Below are positions 20,984 to 30,130 of a stretch of 64,000 bases of DNA, one piece after another. How positions within the stretch are numbered: the first letter of the stretch is position 1; every line of letters begins with the position of its first letter. Below the pieces are notes generated by a model. That model made no database searches and had not been told where the DNA came from. It saw only the letters and a list, made by a program, of their open reading frames with translations. This DNA is from an uncultured Actinomycetes bacterium. Lineage in GTDB: Bacteria > Actinomycetota > Thermoleophilia > RBG-16-64-13. The DNA is taken from contig CAVPLM010000005.1 in assembly GCA_963706025.1 (NCBI GenBank), forward strand, positions 448,001 through 512,000, read 5' to 3'. Position numbers and translations under genes: made by a program.

Positions 20984-21283
20984 ACTGCCGCACCCTTCCG
21001 CCTCCTAAAGCATGCTTCGAAGGACTTCAAGGCCCTCGTTCAGTGTAGGCCAAACCGGATTCTACCAAAGGGGCAAGCGGCAGCGCGAATGGGCACGGCC
21101 TTCCGGAGTCGAGACCCGCCGGGGGGCTCGCGATCCCCGGGAGAGCCTGTGCTATCCACGGGTCGGCGCATGCGCGAGGCCGACGTCAGGTCAGGCGGGG
21201 CGACCCGCGCAAGATCTATCCGTGTCCGGGTGCGAGAGGTCCGCCGCCTCGCCCCTCATCCCTCAGGTGTCTCGCGAAGCGCT

Positions 21284-21871
21284 TCAGCGGGCAGCGGCGT
21301 AGTTCGCAGCCACGAAGTCCCAATCGACGAGATTGCTGAGGAAGGTCTCCACATACTTCGGCCGAAGATTGCGGTAGTCGATGTAGTAGGCGTGCTCCCA
21401 GACGTCCACCGTAAGCAGGGCGGTCTGCCCGTGCTTCAAGGGGAGGTCGGCGTTGCCTGTCTTCACGATCTTGAGGCTGCCGCCTTCGACCACTAACCAG
21501 GCCCAGCCGGAGCCGAACTGGGTGACGGCCGCCTGAGTAAACTCCTTCGCGAAAGCCTCGTACGACCCAAAAGCCTCGTCCATGGCCTTGGCCAGTTCTC
21601 CACTGGGCGCTCCACCGCCGCCCGGCTTCATGCATTTCCAGTAGAAGCTGTGGTTCCACACCTGGGCCGCGTTGTTGAAAACGCCTCCGTCCGAGGCCAG
21701 GATGATCTCCTCGAGAGTGCTCGCCGCTAGGTCGGTGCCCTCGATCAGACCGTTCAGGTTCGTGACGTAGGCGTTGTGATGCTTGCCGTGATGGTATTCG
21801 AGCGTCTCTTCGCTGAGATAAGGGGCAAGGGCGCCCTTGGCGTAAGGCAGGTCGGGCAACGTGAAGGCCAT
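21284..21871 (-). CDS. sodB: Superoxide dismutase, Fe type
   Basis: HHGKHH, Fe-type signature FNNAAQVWNH, QFGSGW and DVWEHAYY. Confidence 0.93.
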   Translation of the reverse strand: MAFTLPDLPYAKGALAPYLSEETLEYHHGKHHNAYVTNLNGLIEGTDLAASTLEEIILASDGGVFNNAAQVWNHSFYWKCMKPGGGGAPSGELAKAMDEAFGSYEAFAKEFTQAAVTQFGSGWAWLVVEGGSLKIVKTGNADLPLKHGQTALLTVDVWEHAYYIDYRNLRPKYVETFLSNLVDWDFVAANYAAAR

Positions 21872-21912
21872 GACGGTCTCCTCCTCCAGGCGTTGATGTT
21901 TCCGTGTGCGAC

Positions 21913-21940
21913 TTACCCGGATGGAAGGGCCTCTGAAACC
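21913..21940 (-). promoter_or_regulatory. Putative SigB/SigF-type stress promoter of sodB
   Basis: GGTTT-N17-GGGTAA, 41 nt upstream of the ATG. Confidence 0.55.
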
Positions 21941-22000
21941 TGCTCGCCCCTGAAACCTGCTCGCGTCTGGGACCTGCCCGGTCCTGAGACCCTCGCGGCG
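21933..22000. repeat. Four degenerate 17-bp tandem repeats upstream of sodB
   Basis: CTGAAACCTGCTCGCCC / CTGAAACCTGCTCGCGT / CTGGGACCTGCCCGGTC / CTGAGACCCTCGCGGCG. Confidence 0.8.
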
Positions 22001-22004
22001 CGTG

Positions 22005-23339
22005 TCAGCCGGTCAGTTCCCGCTTTCGTAGGAACGATCGGATGAAGTCCGAAAGCCTCGGCTCGCCCCGCTCGGCCAGCTCGTAACTCACCTGTACCAG
22101 AGGCTTGTCTACCTGGATGAGGCTCTTCAGAGAGAAAGGCGTGGCGCTCACCACCACGTCCGCCGGCACCGCTTCGACGGTTGCCTCGAGATCTCGCAGT
22201 TGGTCCTGGTAGTAGCCCAGGGCTGGAAGGATCGGCCCGAGATGCGGGTAGGCGGCATATGTTTCCGCCAGGTGCCCCTGAGCAAACGGCCGGGGATCCA
22301 CCAACTCAGCCGCCCCGAACTCCCGCGCCGCTTCCACTCCCGCTCCGGTGGCCATGCCCCCATGGGTGAGAGTGGGGCCGTCCTCCACCACGAGGACCCG
22401 CTTGCCTCTTATCTGCTCACCTCCCGGGACGCTTATGATCGAGTCGGTCTGGACGATCACCGCCTCCGCGTTCACCCTCCGGATGTTGGCCACCACCCGA
22501 TCGACATTCTCCCGCGGGGCGCTGTTCACCTTGTTTATCACCACTACCTTGGCTCGCCGCACGTTCACCTCACCCGGGTGATATGCCAGTTCATGCCCAG
22601 GCCTGAAGGGGTCCACGATCACTATCTCCAGATCCGAGCGCAGGAAGGAGAAATCGTTGTTCCCTCCATCCCAGATAATGATGGATGCCGCCCTCTGAGC
22701 TTGCTCGACGATCGCCTCGTAATCCACCCCCGCCCAGACCACCAGGCCGCGACGGATATGCGGCTCGTAGTCCTCTCGCTCCTCCACCGTTGCTTGATGG
22801 CGGTCGAGATCCTCGAGGGTGGCGAACCGCTGAACTTTTTGCCGCACCAGGTCCCCATAGGGCATGGGGTGACGAATGATCGCCGGTCGTAGGCCCTCGA
22901 CGATCAACAGATCGGCCACGAATCGCGAGGCCGGGCTCTTGCCGGCACCGGTGCGCACCGCGAGAACCGAGATCACCGGCACCGAGCATCCCACTTGGGT
23001 GCTTTGCGGGCCCAGCATGGTGAAGTCGGCCCCGGCGGCGAGGACCCGGGAAGCTTGATGCATCACATACTCGTGGGCCACGTCGCTATAGGCGAACACG
23101 ACCTCGTCGATCCTCTCCTTGCGTATAAGGTCATCGAGTGAGTCCTCCGGAATGACCGGAATGCCCTCGGGGTACAGGGATCCGGCCAACTCGCGGGGGT
23201 ACTGGCGCCGGTCGATGCCCGGAATCTGGGTGGCCGTGAAGGCGACGACTTCGGTCTGGGGATCGTTCCGATAGACCACATTGAAATTGTGGAAGTCGCG
23301 CCCTGCCGCGCCCATGATCACCACCCGCTTCCGCTCCAC
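22005..23339 (-). CDS. Cyclic 2,3-diphosphoglycerate synthetase-like predicted GTPase (COG2403-type)
   Basis: MGAAGRDFHNFN, P-loop AVRTGAGKS, RHPMPYG, WDGGNND and EDGPTLTHGGM. Confidence 0.8.
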   Translation of the reverse strand: MERKRVVIMGAAGRDFHNFNVVYRNDPQTEVVAFTATQIPGIDRRQYPRELAGSLYPEGIPVIPEDSLDDLIRKERIDEVVFAYSDVAHEYVMHQASRVLAAGADFTMLGPQSTQVGCSVPVISVLAVRTGAGKSPASRFVADLLIVEGLRPAIIRHPMPYGDLVRQKVQRFATLEDLDRHQATVEEREDYEPHIRRGLVVWAGVDYEAIVEQAQRAASIIIWDGGNNDFSFLRSDLEIVIVDPFRPGHELAYHPGEVNVRRAKVVVINKVNSAPRENVDRVVANIRRVNAEAVIVQTDSIISVPGGEQIRGKRVLVVEDGPTLTHGGMATGAGVEAAREFGAAELVDPRPFAQGHLAETYAAYPHLGPILPALGYYQDQLRDLEATVEAVPADVVVSATPFSLKSLIQVDKPLVQVSYELAERGEPRLSDFIRSFLRKRELTG

Positions 23340-23420
23340 GCCAACCTCCTCGTCATTCGCGGTGACGTTCGCTCGCGATTATGGCTGAGGCCCCTCCCGT
23401 TAGGAAGGAGCCCCCGCGGT

Positions 23421-23856
23421 AGCAGCCCTGTAAGCCGGATTCTGTCCTATGGGCTGCTGGGACATGACCCCCGGCCTCCAGAATGCACTGGACGCACCCT
23501 GCGGGCGAAGCGCCATGTCCCAGCAGCCCACTTGGGTAGCCATCTATCTGTGGCCGACCGTTGCCGGACGGCTCATGCGACCAACCCGAAGGCATCGGGC
23601 GAGCAGCCCTCGAACGCCTCCCTATTCGGCCTTGCACCGGGTGGGGCTTGCCTGGCCGCTGTGTCACCACAGCGCCGGTGCGCTCTTACCGCACCATTTC
23701 ACCTTCGCAGCCGGATGAACCGGCGTGCTGTGTAATTTCTGTGGCGCTTTCCCTGGGGTTTCCCCCGCTGGACGTTATCCAGCACCCTGCTCTACGGTGT
23801 CCGGACTTTCCTCAAGAACCCGCCTTTGGCGAGTCCCTGCGACTACCCGGGCTGCA
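23421..23856 (-). ncRNA. rnpB: RNase P RNA, bacterial type A
   Basis: GAGGAAAGTCCGG near the 5' end, ACAGAATCCGGCTTA near the 3' end, P1 GCAGCCC/GGGCTGC, AGTGCCACAGAAA-like and GGTGCAAGGCC segments; -10 TATACT at 23862-23867. Confidence 0.96.
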
Positions 23857-23895
23857 TATCGAGTATACCAGTATGCAGTCCCGGCAGGTCGGCCC

Positions 23896-24909
23896 CTACG
23901 AGCCCGCTTTCCAGTCCGCGGGGATGGGGAAGGGCTTGGCAAAATGGCAGGCGGCTCGATGACCGATGGCCACCTCGTTGAACGGCGGCTCCTCCTCTTT
24001 GCAGATCGGGAACTGCGCGATAGGGCAGCGGGTGTGGAACCGGCACCCACTGGGCGGATCGATGGGGCTGGGCACGTCGCCGCGCAGGATGATGCGGGCC
24101 CGCCGCCGCTGTTTCTCGGGATCCGGTACAGGGGCTGCCGAGAGCAGTGATTGCGTGTAGGGGTGGTTGGGGGTGTTGTAGACCTCTCGCCAGCCGCCGA
24201 GCTCTACCACCTTCCCTAGATACATCACCGCCACCCGGTCGCAGATGTGGCGGATCACGGCTAGGTCGTGGGCGATGAACAGATACGTAAGCCCGAACTC
24301 CTCCTGCAGCTCCTCGAGCAGGTTTATGATCTGCGCTTGGATGGAAACATCCAGAGCCGAGACCGGCTCGTCGCATACGATCATCTTGGGCCGGAGCATG
24401 AGGGCCCGAGCGATGCCCACCCTCTGCCTCTGGCCGCCTGAGAACTCGTGCGGGTAGCGATGGATGTGCTCGGGATTCAGGCCCACCACCTGCAACATCT
24501 CCTTGCAGCGCTCCTCGCGCTCCTTGCGCGTGCCAATGCCGTGGATCACGAGAGGCTCGGACATTATCTCGCCGAAGGTCATGCGCGGATTGAGGGAAGC
24601 ATAAGGGTCTTGGAAGATGAATTGGACGTCGCGGCGGAAGGCCTTGAGGCGTCCTCGCTTGAGAGCCCTCACATCCTTGTCCTCGAAGCGGATGGTTCCC
24701 GCCGTAGGCTCGAGAAGCCGGATGATACAGCGCCCGGTGGTCGACTTCCCGCATCCCGACTCCCCTACCAGGCCGAGGGTCTCCCCCTGCGCCACCGAGA
24801 AATTAACGTCATCGACCGCCTTGACCGTGTCACCGAGCCGCGAAAAGATCACTCCCTTGCTCACCGGGAAGTGCTTCGTCAGGCCCTCGACCTCCAGGAG
24901 CGCGGTCAC
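23896..24909 (-). CDS. oppF: Oligopeptide/dipeptide ABC ATPase
   Basis: [24 protein letters not shown] and the oligo-HPY Cys tail. Confidence 0.9.
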   Translation of the reverse strand: MTALLEVEGLTKHFPVSKGVIFSRLGDTVKAVDDVNFSVAQGETLGLVGESGCGKSTTGRCIIRLLEPTAGTIRFEDKDVRALKRGRLKAFRRDVQFIFQDPYASLNPRMTFGEIMSEPLVIHGIGTRKEREERCKEMLQVVGLNPEHIHRYPHEFSGGQRQRVGIARALMLRPKMIVCDEPVSALDVSIQAQIINLLEELQEEFGLTYLFIAHDLAVIRHICDRVAVMYLGKVVELGGWREVYNTPNHPYTQSLLSAAPVPDPEKQRRRARIILRGDVPSPIDPPSGCRFHTRCPIAQFPICKEEEPPFNEVAIGHRAACHFAKPFPIPADWKAGS

Positions 24910-25946
24910 TTCGCCCCGTCCCCTGAAGCGCTCCCCACGTAGCAGGCGCGATTCTCGAACCGGGCGATGAAATCTGGATCGCCGGCGAAATGGCAGGATG
25001 AGTAGTGCCCAGAGTCCAGCTCAACCAAGGGAGGCACCTGGCTGCGACACAAGGGCTGCGCGTGGGCGCAGCGGGGACTGAACGCGCACCCGGCCGGCAG
25101 ATTGATGAGGCTGGGAGGTTGACCCTTGATGGGGCAAAGCGCGCCCTTGTCATCGACGTCGTGGCGCGGCAGGCTCTCGAGGAGGCCCCACGTATAGGGG
25201 TGTATGGGTCTGTAGAAGACATCATAGGCCTGACCGAACTCGACCGCCTTGCCACCGTACATCACGAGGATGTGATCGGCCATATCCGCCACCACCCCCA
25301 GATCGTGGGTGATCATGATGATGGCCGACTCGGTGCGCTTCTGGATCTCCTCCATGAGCTCCATTATCTGCGCCTGGATGGTGACGTCGAGAGCAGTGGT
25401 GGGCTCGTCGGCGATGAGGATGTCGGGACCGCAGGCGAGGGCCATCGCGATCATCGCCCGCTGGCGCATGCCCCCCGAGAACTCGTGGGGGTAGTTGCGC
25501 GCCCTCTCCTCTGCTTGGGGAATCCCTACTTGATCGAGGAGTTCGACGGCGGCGGCCCAGGCATCGCTCTTGCTCATGTTCTTGTGTATCCGCAGAGGCT
25601 CGGCGATCTGCTTGCCGATGCGATGCACGGGATTGAGCGAGGTCATCGGGTCCTGGAAGATCATAGCTATCCGGTTGCCCCGGAGCTGGCGCTGGTCCTT
25701 CTCGGACATAGTCAGGATGCTCTCTCCCTTGAAGCGGATATCGCCGCTCACTACCTTGCCCGGAGGTTCAGGCACCAGCCGCATGATGGAAAGCGCCGTG
25801 ACCGACTTGCCCGAGCCCGATTCTCCCACCACGCCCAGAGTCCCGCCGGCTTCCAGGGTGAAGCTGACCCCATCGACGGCCTTGACCACGCCGTCGCGGG
25901 TGAAGAAATGCATATGTAGGTCGGCCAGTTCGAGAAGCGGGGGCAC
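24906..25946 (-). CDS. oppD: Oligopeptide/dipeptide ABC ATPase
   Basis: [24 protein letters not shown] and HPYT. Confidence 0.9.
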   Translation of the reverse strand: MPPLLELADLHMHFFTRDGVVKAVDGVSFTLEAGGTLGVVGESGSGKSVTALSIMRLVPEPPGKVVSGDIRFKGESILTMSEKDQRQLRGNRIAMIFQDPMTSLNPVHRIGKQIAEPLRIHKNMSKSDAWAAAVELLDQVGIPQAEERARNYPHEFSGGMRQRAMIAMALACGPDILIADEPTTALDVTIQAQIMELMEEIQKRTESAIIMITHDLGVVADMADHILVMYGGKAVEFGQAYDVFYRPIHPYTWGLLESLPRHDVDDKGALCPIKGQPPSLINLPAGCAFSPRCAHAQPLCRSQVPPLVELDSGHYSSCHFAGDPDFIARFENRACYVGSASGDGAK

Positions 25947-25948
25947 TA

Positions 25949-26917
25949 CTACTCCTTCAGCTTGACATCGAGGGCATCGCGCAGACCGTCACCAAGCAGC
26001 ACGAAAGCCAGCACCGTGGTTAGGATGGCCAGGCCCGGATAGATCATGAGCCAGGGCGCCGTGAACATGAACGAACGAGCTTCGGAAAGCATGAGACCCC
26101 AGGAAGGCGCCGGCGGCTGCACGCCCATCCCCAGGAAGCTCAGGGCGGCCTCGGTAAGAATGGCCCCTCCTACACTCATGGTCGCATAGACGATGATCGG
26201 AGAGATCGAGTTCGGCATCAGATGCCGGGAAAGAAGACGAGTGGTCGATGCCCCCATAGCCCGGGCGGCGTCCACATACTCGTTCTTCTTGATACCCAGA
26301 ATGGAGCTTCTGAAGACCCGGGCGATGCTCGGCCAGCCCAGGATGCCGATGGCGAGGAAGACGTTTTGGAAGCCCTTGCCCAGCACGGCGATGAGAGCGA
26401 TGGCGAACAAGATATACGGGAAGGCAAAGAACACGTCGGCCGTACGCATGATCAAGCTGTCCCAGATCCCCCCGTAGTAGGCGGAAATGGCCCCCAGCAC
26501 CAGGCCGATCACGACCATGATGAACACTGCCACCACACCCACGACGAGCGACACCCTGGCGCCATAGATCACCCGGGAGGCGACGTCGCGCCCCAGTTCG
26601 TCGGTACCGAACGGATGATCCGGAAACGACGGGGGCAGAAGATCCTGCTCGGCCACGGTGGTGCTATCGATAGCAATGGGATCGCCCAACCAGTAAGGAA
26701 CCCAGAGATCGGCCGTGACCGCGATCAGGACGATGATGATGATCCAGATGAGTCCAGCCACGGCCAGCTTGTTCTTGCGCAGGCGCCGGATCGCATCGGC
26801 CCGGAGAGTTCGGCCTTTGCCGGCAAACGTCTCGACGTCGCCGATGGCGATGTCCGCCGGGCCACCGTCAGGCACGGAGACCGGCGGGGCGACAGGCTCC
26901 GACGGGTCCCTAGCCAC
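25949..26917 (-). CDS. oppC: Oligopeptide/dipeptide ABC permease
   Basis: HPFGTDELGRD, EAA loop (EYVDAARAMGA) and PSWG. Confidence 0.9.
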   Translation of the reverse strand: MARDPSEPVAPPVSVPDGGPADIAIGDVETFAGKGRTLRADAIRRLRKNKLAVAGLIWIIIIVLIAVTADLWVPYWLGDPIAIDSTTVAEQDLLPPSFPDHPFGTDELGRDVASRVIYGARVSLVVGVVAVFIMVVIGLVLGAISAYYGGIWDSLIMRTADVFFAFPYILFAIALIAVLGKGFQNVFLAIGILGWPSIARVFRSSILGIKKNEYVDAARAMGASTTRLLSRHLMPNSISPIIVYATMSVGGAILTEAALSFLGMGVQPPAPSWGLMLSEARSFMFTAPWLMIYPGLAILTTVLAFVLLGDGLRDALDVKLKE

Positions 26918-26925
26918 TTGTCACC

Positions 26926-27897
26926 TCATGCCACCTGGTGTCCATAGCGGATCCGTGGATCCAGGAACGCGTAGCTGATGTCCACAAGCAGGTTGATGAT
27001 CATGACCAGCACCACGATGATGATCGTGCCCCCCATGATGATAGGCCAGTCCCGCTGGCCGATGGCCAGGTACATCTCATAGCCGATCCCCGGCCAGTTG
27101 AAGACGGTCTCGGTGAGGATGGTGCCCCCTATCATGGCTCCCAGATCGAGACCCAGGAACGTAACCACCGGGATCATAGCGTTCTTCATGGCGTGGCCGC
27201 CGACGACTCGCCGGTAGGAGAGACCCTTCGCCGAAGCCGTTCGGATATAGTCTTGGCCCGTCACTTCCAGCAGCTGGCTGCGCATGATCCGAGCGCAATA
27301 GGCGGTCGAGACAGCCGCCAGAGTCACCGCGGGTAGGATGATGTGGATGGCGGTCGGGAACTGGCGCGAAGACATGCCCGAGATCGGGAGATACGGCAAC
27401 CCCCATTGCTTGAACTTGATGCCGAAAAGTATCTGCAGCAGCATCCCGAGCCAGAACACCGGTAGCGAGACAAGCACCGAAGTGCTGAACGTCACCAGCA
27501 CGTCCCAGAACGAATAGCGCTTGATAGCGGAGATGATCCCGGCGGCGATACCGAAGATCATCTCGATGATTATGGCCGCAACCGCGAGCTTGATAGTGTT
27601 CGGCAGCTTGTCCATGAGGATGTCGCTGACCGAACGCCCCTTCTGGTAGGACTGTCCCAGATCGCCTTGGAGCAGAGCGACCAGGTAGTTCTTGTACTGC
27701 ACGATGAGCGGATCGTCGAGTCCGTACTTCTCGACAAGCTCGTTGTAGAGCGTCTCCGAGATGGCCCTTTCTCCCGTGAGCAACTTGATGGGGTCCCCCG
27801 GTAGGATGCCCGGAGCCCGGAGGATGAAGAGGATGATGGTGACCCCGATGAACACCGGGATCATCTGCAGGATCCGCCGCGCGATGTAGCCGATCAT
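26926..27897 (-). CDS. oppB: Oligopeptide/dipeptide ABC permease
   Basis: PGDP, GDLGQSY, DYIRTASAKGL and ETVFNWPG. Confidence 0.9.
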   Translation of the reverse strand: MIGYIARRILQMIPVFIGVTIILFILRAPGILPGDPIKLLTGERAISETLYNELVEKYGLDDPLIVQYKNYLVALLQGDLGQSYQKGRSVSDILMDKLPNTIKLAVAAIIIEMIFGIAAGIISAIKRYSFWDVLVTFSTSVLVSLPVFWLGMLLQILFGIKFKQWGLPYLPISGMSSRQFPTAIHIILPAVTLAAVSTAYCARIMRSQLLEVTGQDYIRTASAKGLSYRRVVGGHAMKNAMIPVVTFLGLDLGAMIGGTILTETVFNWPGIGYEMYLAIGQRDWPIIMGGTIIIVVLVMIINLLVDISYAFLDPRIRYGHQVA

Positions 27898-27930
27898 GCG
27901 GCGGCCTTCGCGTACTCAACCTCAGATAGG

Positions 27931-27968
27931 GACATGGTAGGGCGCCGTCGCCGGCGCCCTACCATGTC
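27931..27968. terminator. Intercistronic stem-loop after oppA (mRNA stabiliser or partial terminator)
   Basis: GACATGGTAGGGCGCCG-TCGC-CGGCGCCCTACCATGTC, a perfect 17-bp stem with no U-tract. Confidence 0.7.
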
Positions 27969-28007
27969 TACAGTGACTTGCCTGCTACACACTAATGAAT
28001 GAAGCTG

Positions 28008-29666
28008 TTACTCAGCCGGTTCGATCCAGGTTTTTTCCAGGGTGGCCAGGGTCATAACGCTGTACGTGAGGCCATGGATCCGGTCGGAACCCACGTCTTT
28101 GTGAGCGTAGTTGACAAGCGGGATGACCGGGGAGTCTTCACCGGCCAGCCGCTCCGCCTCCTGGTACTTGGCAGCCCTGGCGGCGGGATCCGCCGTCTGA
28201 CGCGCCTCCTGGAGCAATTGATCGAACGCCGGGTTCTTGTACAACCCATCGTTGTCGGCGCTCTCGCTGGATAGCTGCGGCCAGAGGAAGTTGTCGGCGG
28301 AAGGATAGTCGGCGACCCAGCCGGAGCGGCTGATCGTGAAGTCTCCGGCGTCCCGTGTGTCGAGGAACTGGGCCCATTCTATGCCTTCCAGCTTGGTCTT
28401 GACGCCGACGGCTGCCCAGTCGGCCTGGACCAGAGCATAGACCTTCTCGTGACCCGAACCGGTGTTGTAGATGATCGAGAACTCGGGCAACCCTTGGCCG
28501 CCCGGGTAGCCGGCCTTCTCGAGCAGCGCCTTGGCCTGTTCCACATCGTACTTGGCATACGGCCATTGATCGGGAAGGAATCCTTCTACACCCTCGGAGA
28601 CCATGCCCGTGGCCGGCTTACGAGCACCCTCGTATATGGTGTCGCAGATGGCCTGGCGGTTGATGGCCAGGGAAAGCGCTCGGCGGAGGTCGGCGTTCTT
28701 GAGGAACTCGTCCTCATTCATCAGGATGGTGTAGTTGATACCGAGATATGCACCGGTGACGACCTGCTTGCCCGGCGAAACGGTCCAACCGTTTTCACTT
28801 GCGCCGTATGCAGCCTTCGCTGCCTCCAGTTGACCGGTGGGGACTTGGGTGAAGTCCAGGTTACCGGCCTGGAACTCGAGGTAGGCGGTTTCTTCATCCT
28901 TGAAGATCTTGAAGTCGATCCCGTCCAGGTAGGCCTTTTGGCCGTAGTAGTCGTCGTTACGGACCAGTTGGATCAATTGGTCGTGCTGCCACGGTGCGGC
29001 CATCTTGAAGGGGCCGTTGCCGATGGGCATCTCGGCGAAGGCCTCGGCTCCTTTGTCCACCTCTTCCTTGGGCACCGGTCCCAGCGTCGGGTGGCCGACC
29101 CATTTCAAAAAGTCGCCGAATGGATACGACAACGTTATTTCCAAGGTGTAGTCGTCGATGACCTTGACACCCTCGAGCTCGGTGGCGGTGCCGTCCTGCA
29201 TGGCCTGGTAGCCCTTCACGGCATCGAGGTGGTAGGAGATCTCGGACCCGCCGTTCGGGTCGCAGATGCGCTCGAAGGCATACTTGAAGTCGGCCGCCGT
29301 GACCTTGCGCCCGTTGTGGAACTTGGCGTCCTCGTTCAAACTGAAGGTCCACACGGAGGCGTCGGCGTTGGCTTCCCAGCTGTCTGCCGCCGCCGGGAGA
29401 GGCGCTGAAGTAAGCGGGTCGAAGGCGACCAGGCTGTCGAAGACGCATTGGATTACCTGCACGCCTTCGGATTCTTGACCGTTGTAAGGGTCGATGAAGG
29501 CCGGTTCAATGATGAAGTAGTTGAATATCCCACCTTCGACCGGCTCTCCGCCTTCGCCTGTGGTGGCGGTCTCGTCGTCGCCGCCGCAGGCTGCGACCGC
29601 GATCAGCACACCCACCAACACAAGGGCCAGAACGAGTCCATACCATGTACGTTTGCTCAGTTTCAA
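28008..29666 (-). CDS. oppA: Peptide ABC substrate-binding lipoprotein (SBP family 5)
   Basis: TTG start with SD AAGGAGG, lipobox VAAC, KFHNGRKVTAADF and PIGNGPF. Confidence 0.92.
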   Translation of the reverse strand: MKLSKRTWYGLVLALVLVGVLIAVAACGGDDETATTGEGGEPVEGGIFNYFIIEPAFIDPYNGQESEGVQVIQCVFDSLVAFDPLTSAPLPAAADSWEANADASVWTFSLNEDAKFHNGRKVTAADFKYAFERICDPNGGSEISYHLDAVKGYQAMQDGTATELEGVKVIDDYTLEITLSYPFGDFLKWVGHPTLGPVPKEEVDKGAEAFAEMPIGNGPFKMAAPWQHDQLIQLVRNDDYYGQKAYLDGIDFKIFKDEETAYLEFQAGNLDFTQVPTGQLEAAKAAYGASENGWTVSPGKQVVTGAYLGINYTILMNEDEFLKNADLRRALSLAINRQAICDTIYEGARKPATGMVSEGVEGFLPDQWPYAKYDVEQAKALLEKAGYPGGQGLPEFSIIYNTGSGHEKVYALVQADWAAVGVKTKLEGIEWAQFLDTRDAGDFTISRSGWVADYPSADNFLWPQLSSESADNDGLYKNPAFDQLLQEARQTADPAARAAKYQEAERLAGEDSPVIPLVNYAHKDVGSDRIHGLTYSVMTLATLEKTWIEPAE

Positions 29667-29806
29667 AATGTTCCCTCCTTAGCTTCGAGACACCCCACGC
29701 CGAACTGCTACACCATCGCTACGCCTCACCACCTCCTCCGCACTTTCGTGCGTCTCGCCTCAGACGGTCCCAGACGATGTGTCAAGTCGGCTCTTGGACG
29801 ACGCCC

Positions 29807-30025
29807 TCAGATGACAAAGGCCAGAGCGATCGTCACTATGAAGAAAGCGACCGCGCAACCCACGGTCAGCCGGTCGAGGTTCTTCTGCACCATCGAACTG
29901 CCGCCGAACGCGCCGGACCCCCCAAAAGTAGTGGCCAGGCCGGCGTCCTTGCCGGAGTGGAGGAAAATGAGGAACAACAGCCCCAGACCAAAAATGGTTT
30001 CTAGCCCAACCAGAACGAATAACAC
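29807..30025 (-). CDS. secG: Preprotein translocase subunit SecG
   Basis: Two TM segments, HSGKDAGL..FGG and KNLDRLT; conserved position after the glycolytic operon. Confidence 0.9.
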   Translation of the reverse strand: MLFVLVGLETIFGLGLLFLIFLHSGKDAGLATTFGGSGAFGGSSMVQKNLDRLTVGCAVAFFIVTIALAFVI

Positions 30026-30130
30026 CTCAGACTGCCCTTCCCCTGCTAGCGGTTTCGCCCCTCGACGGCGTTCGCATCATTCTACCTTGTAAAGTACCAC
30101 CCTGAACACTATCTTGCATACACAACTTTC

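Noticed and set aside
21933-22000. CRISPR array
   Set aside because: The 17-bp units abut with no unique spacers, and there are no cas genes.
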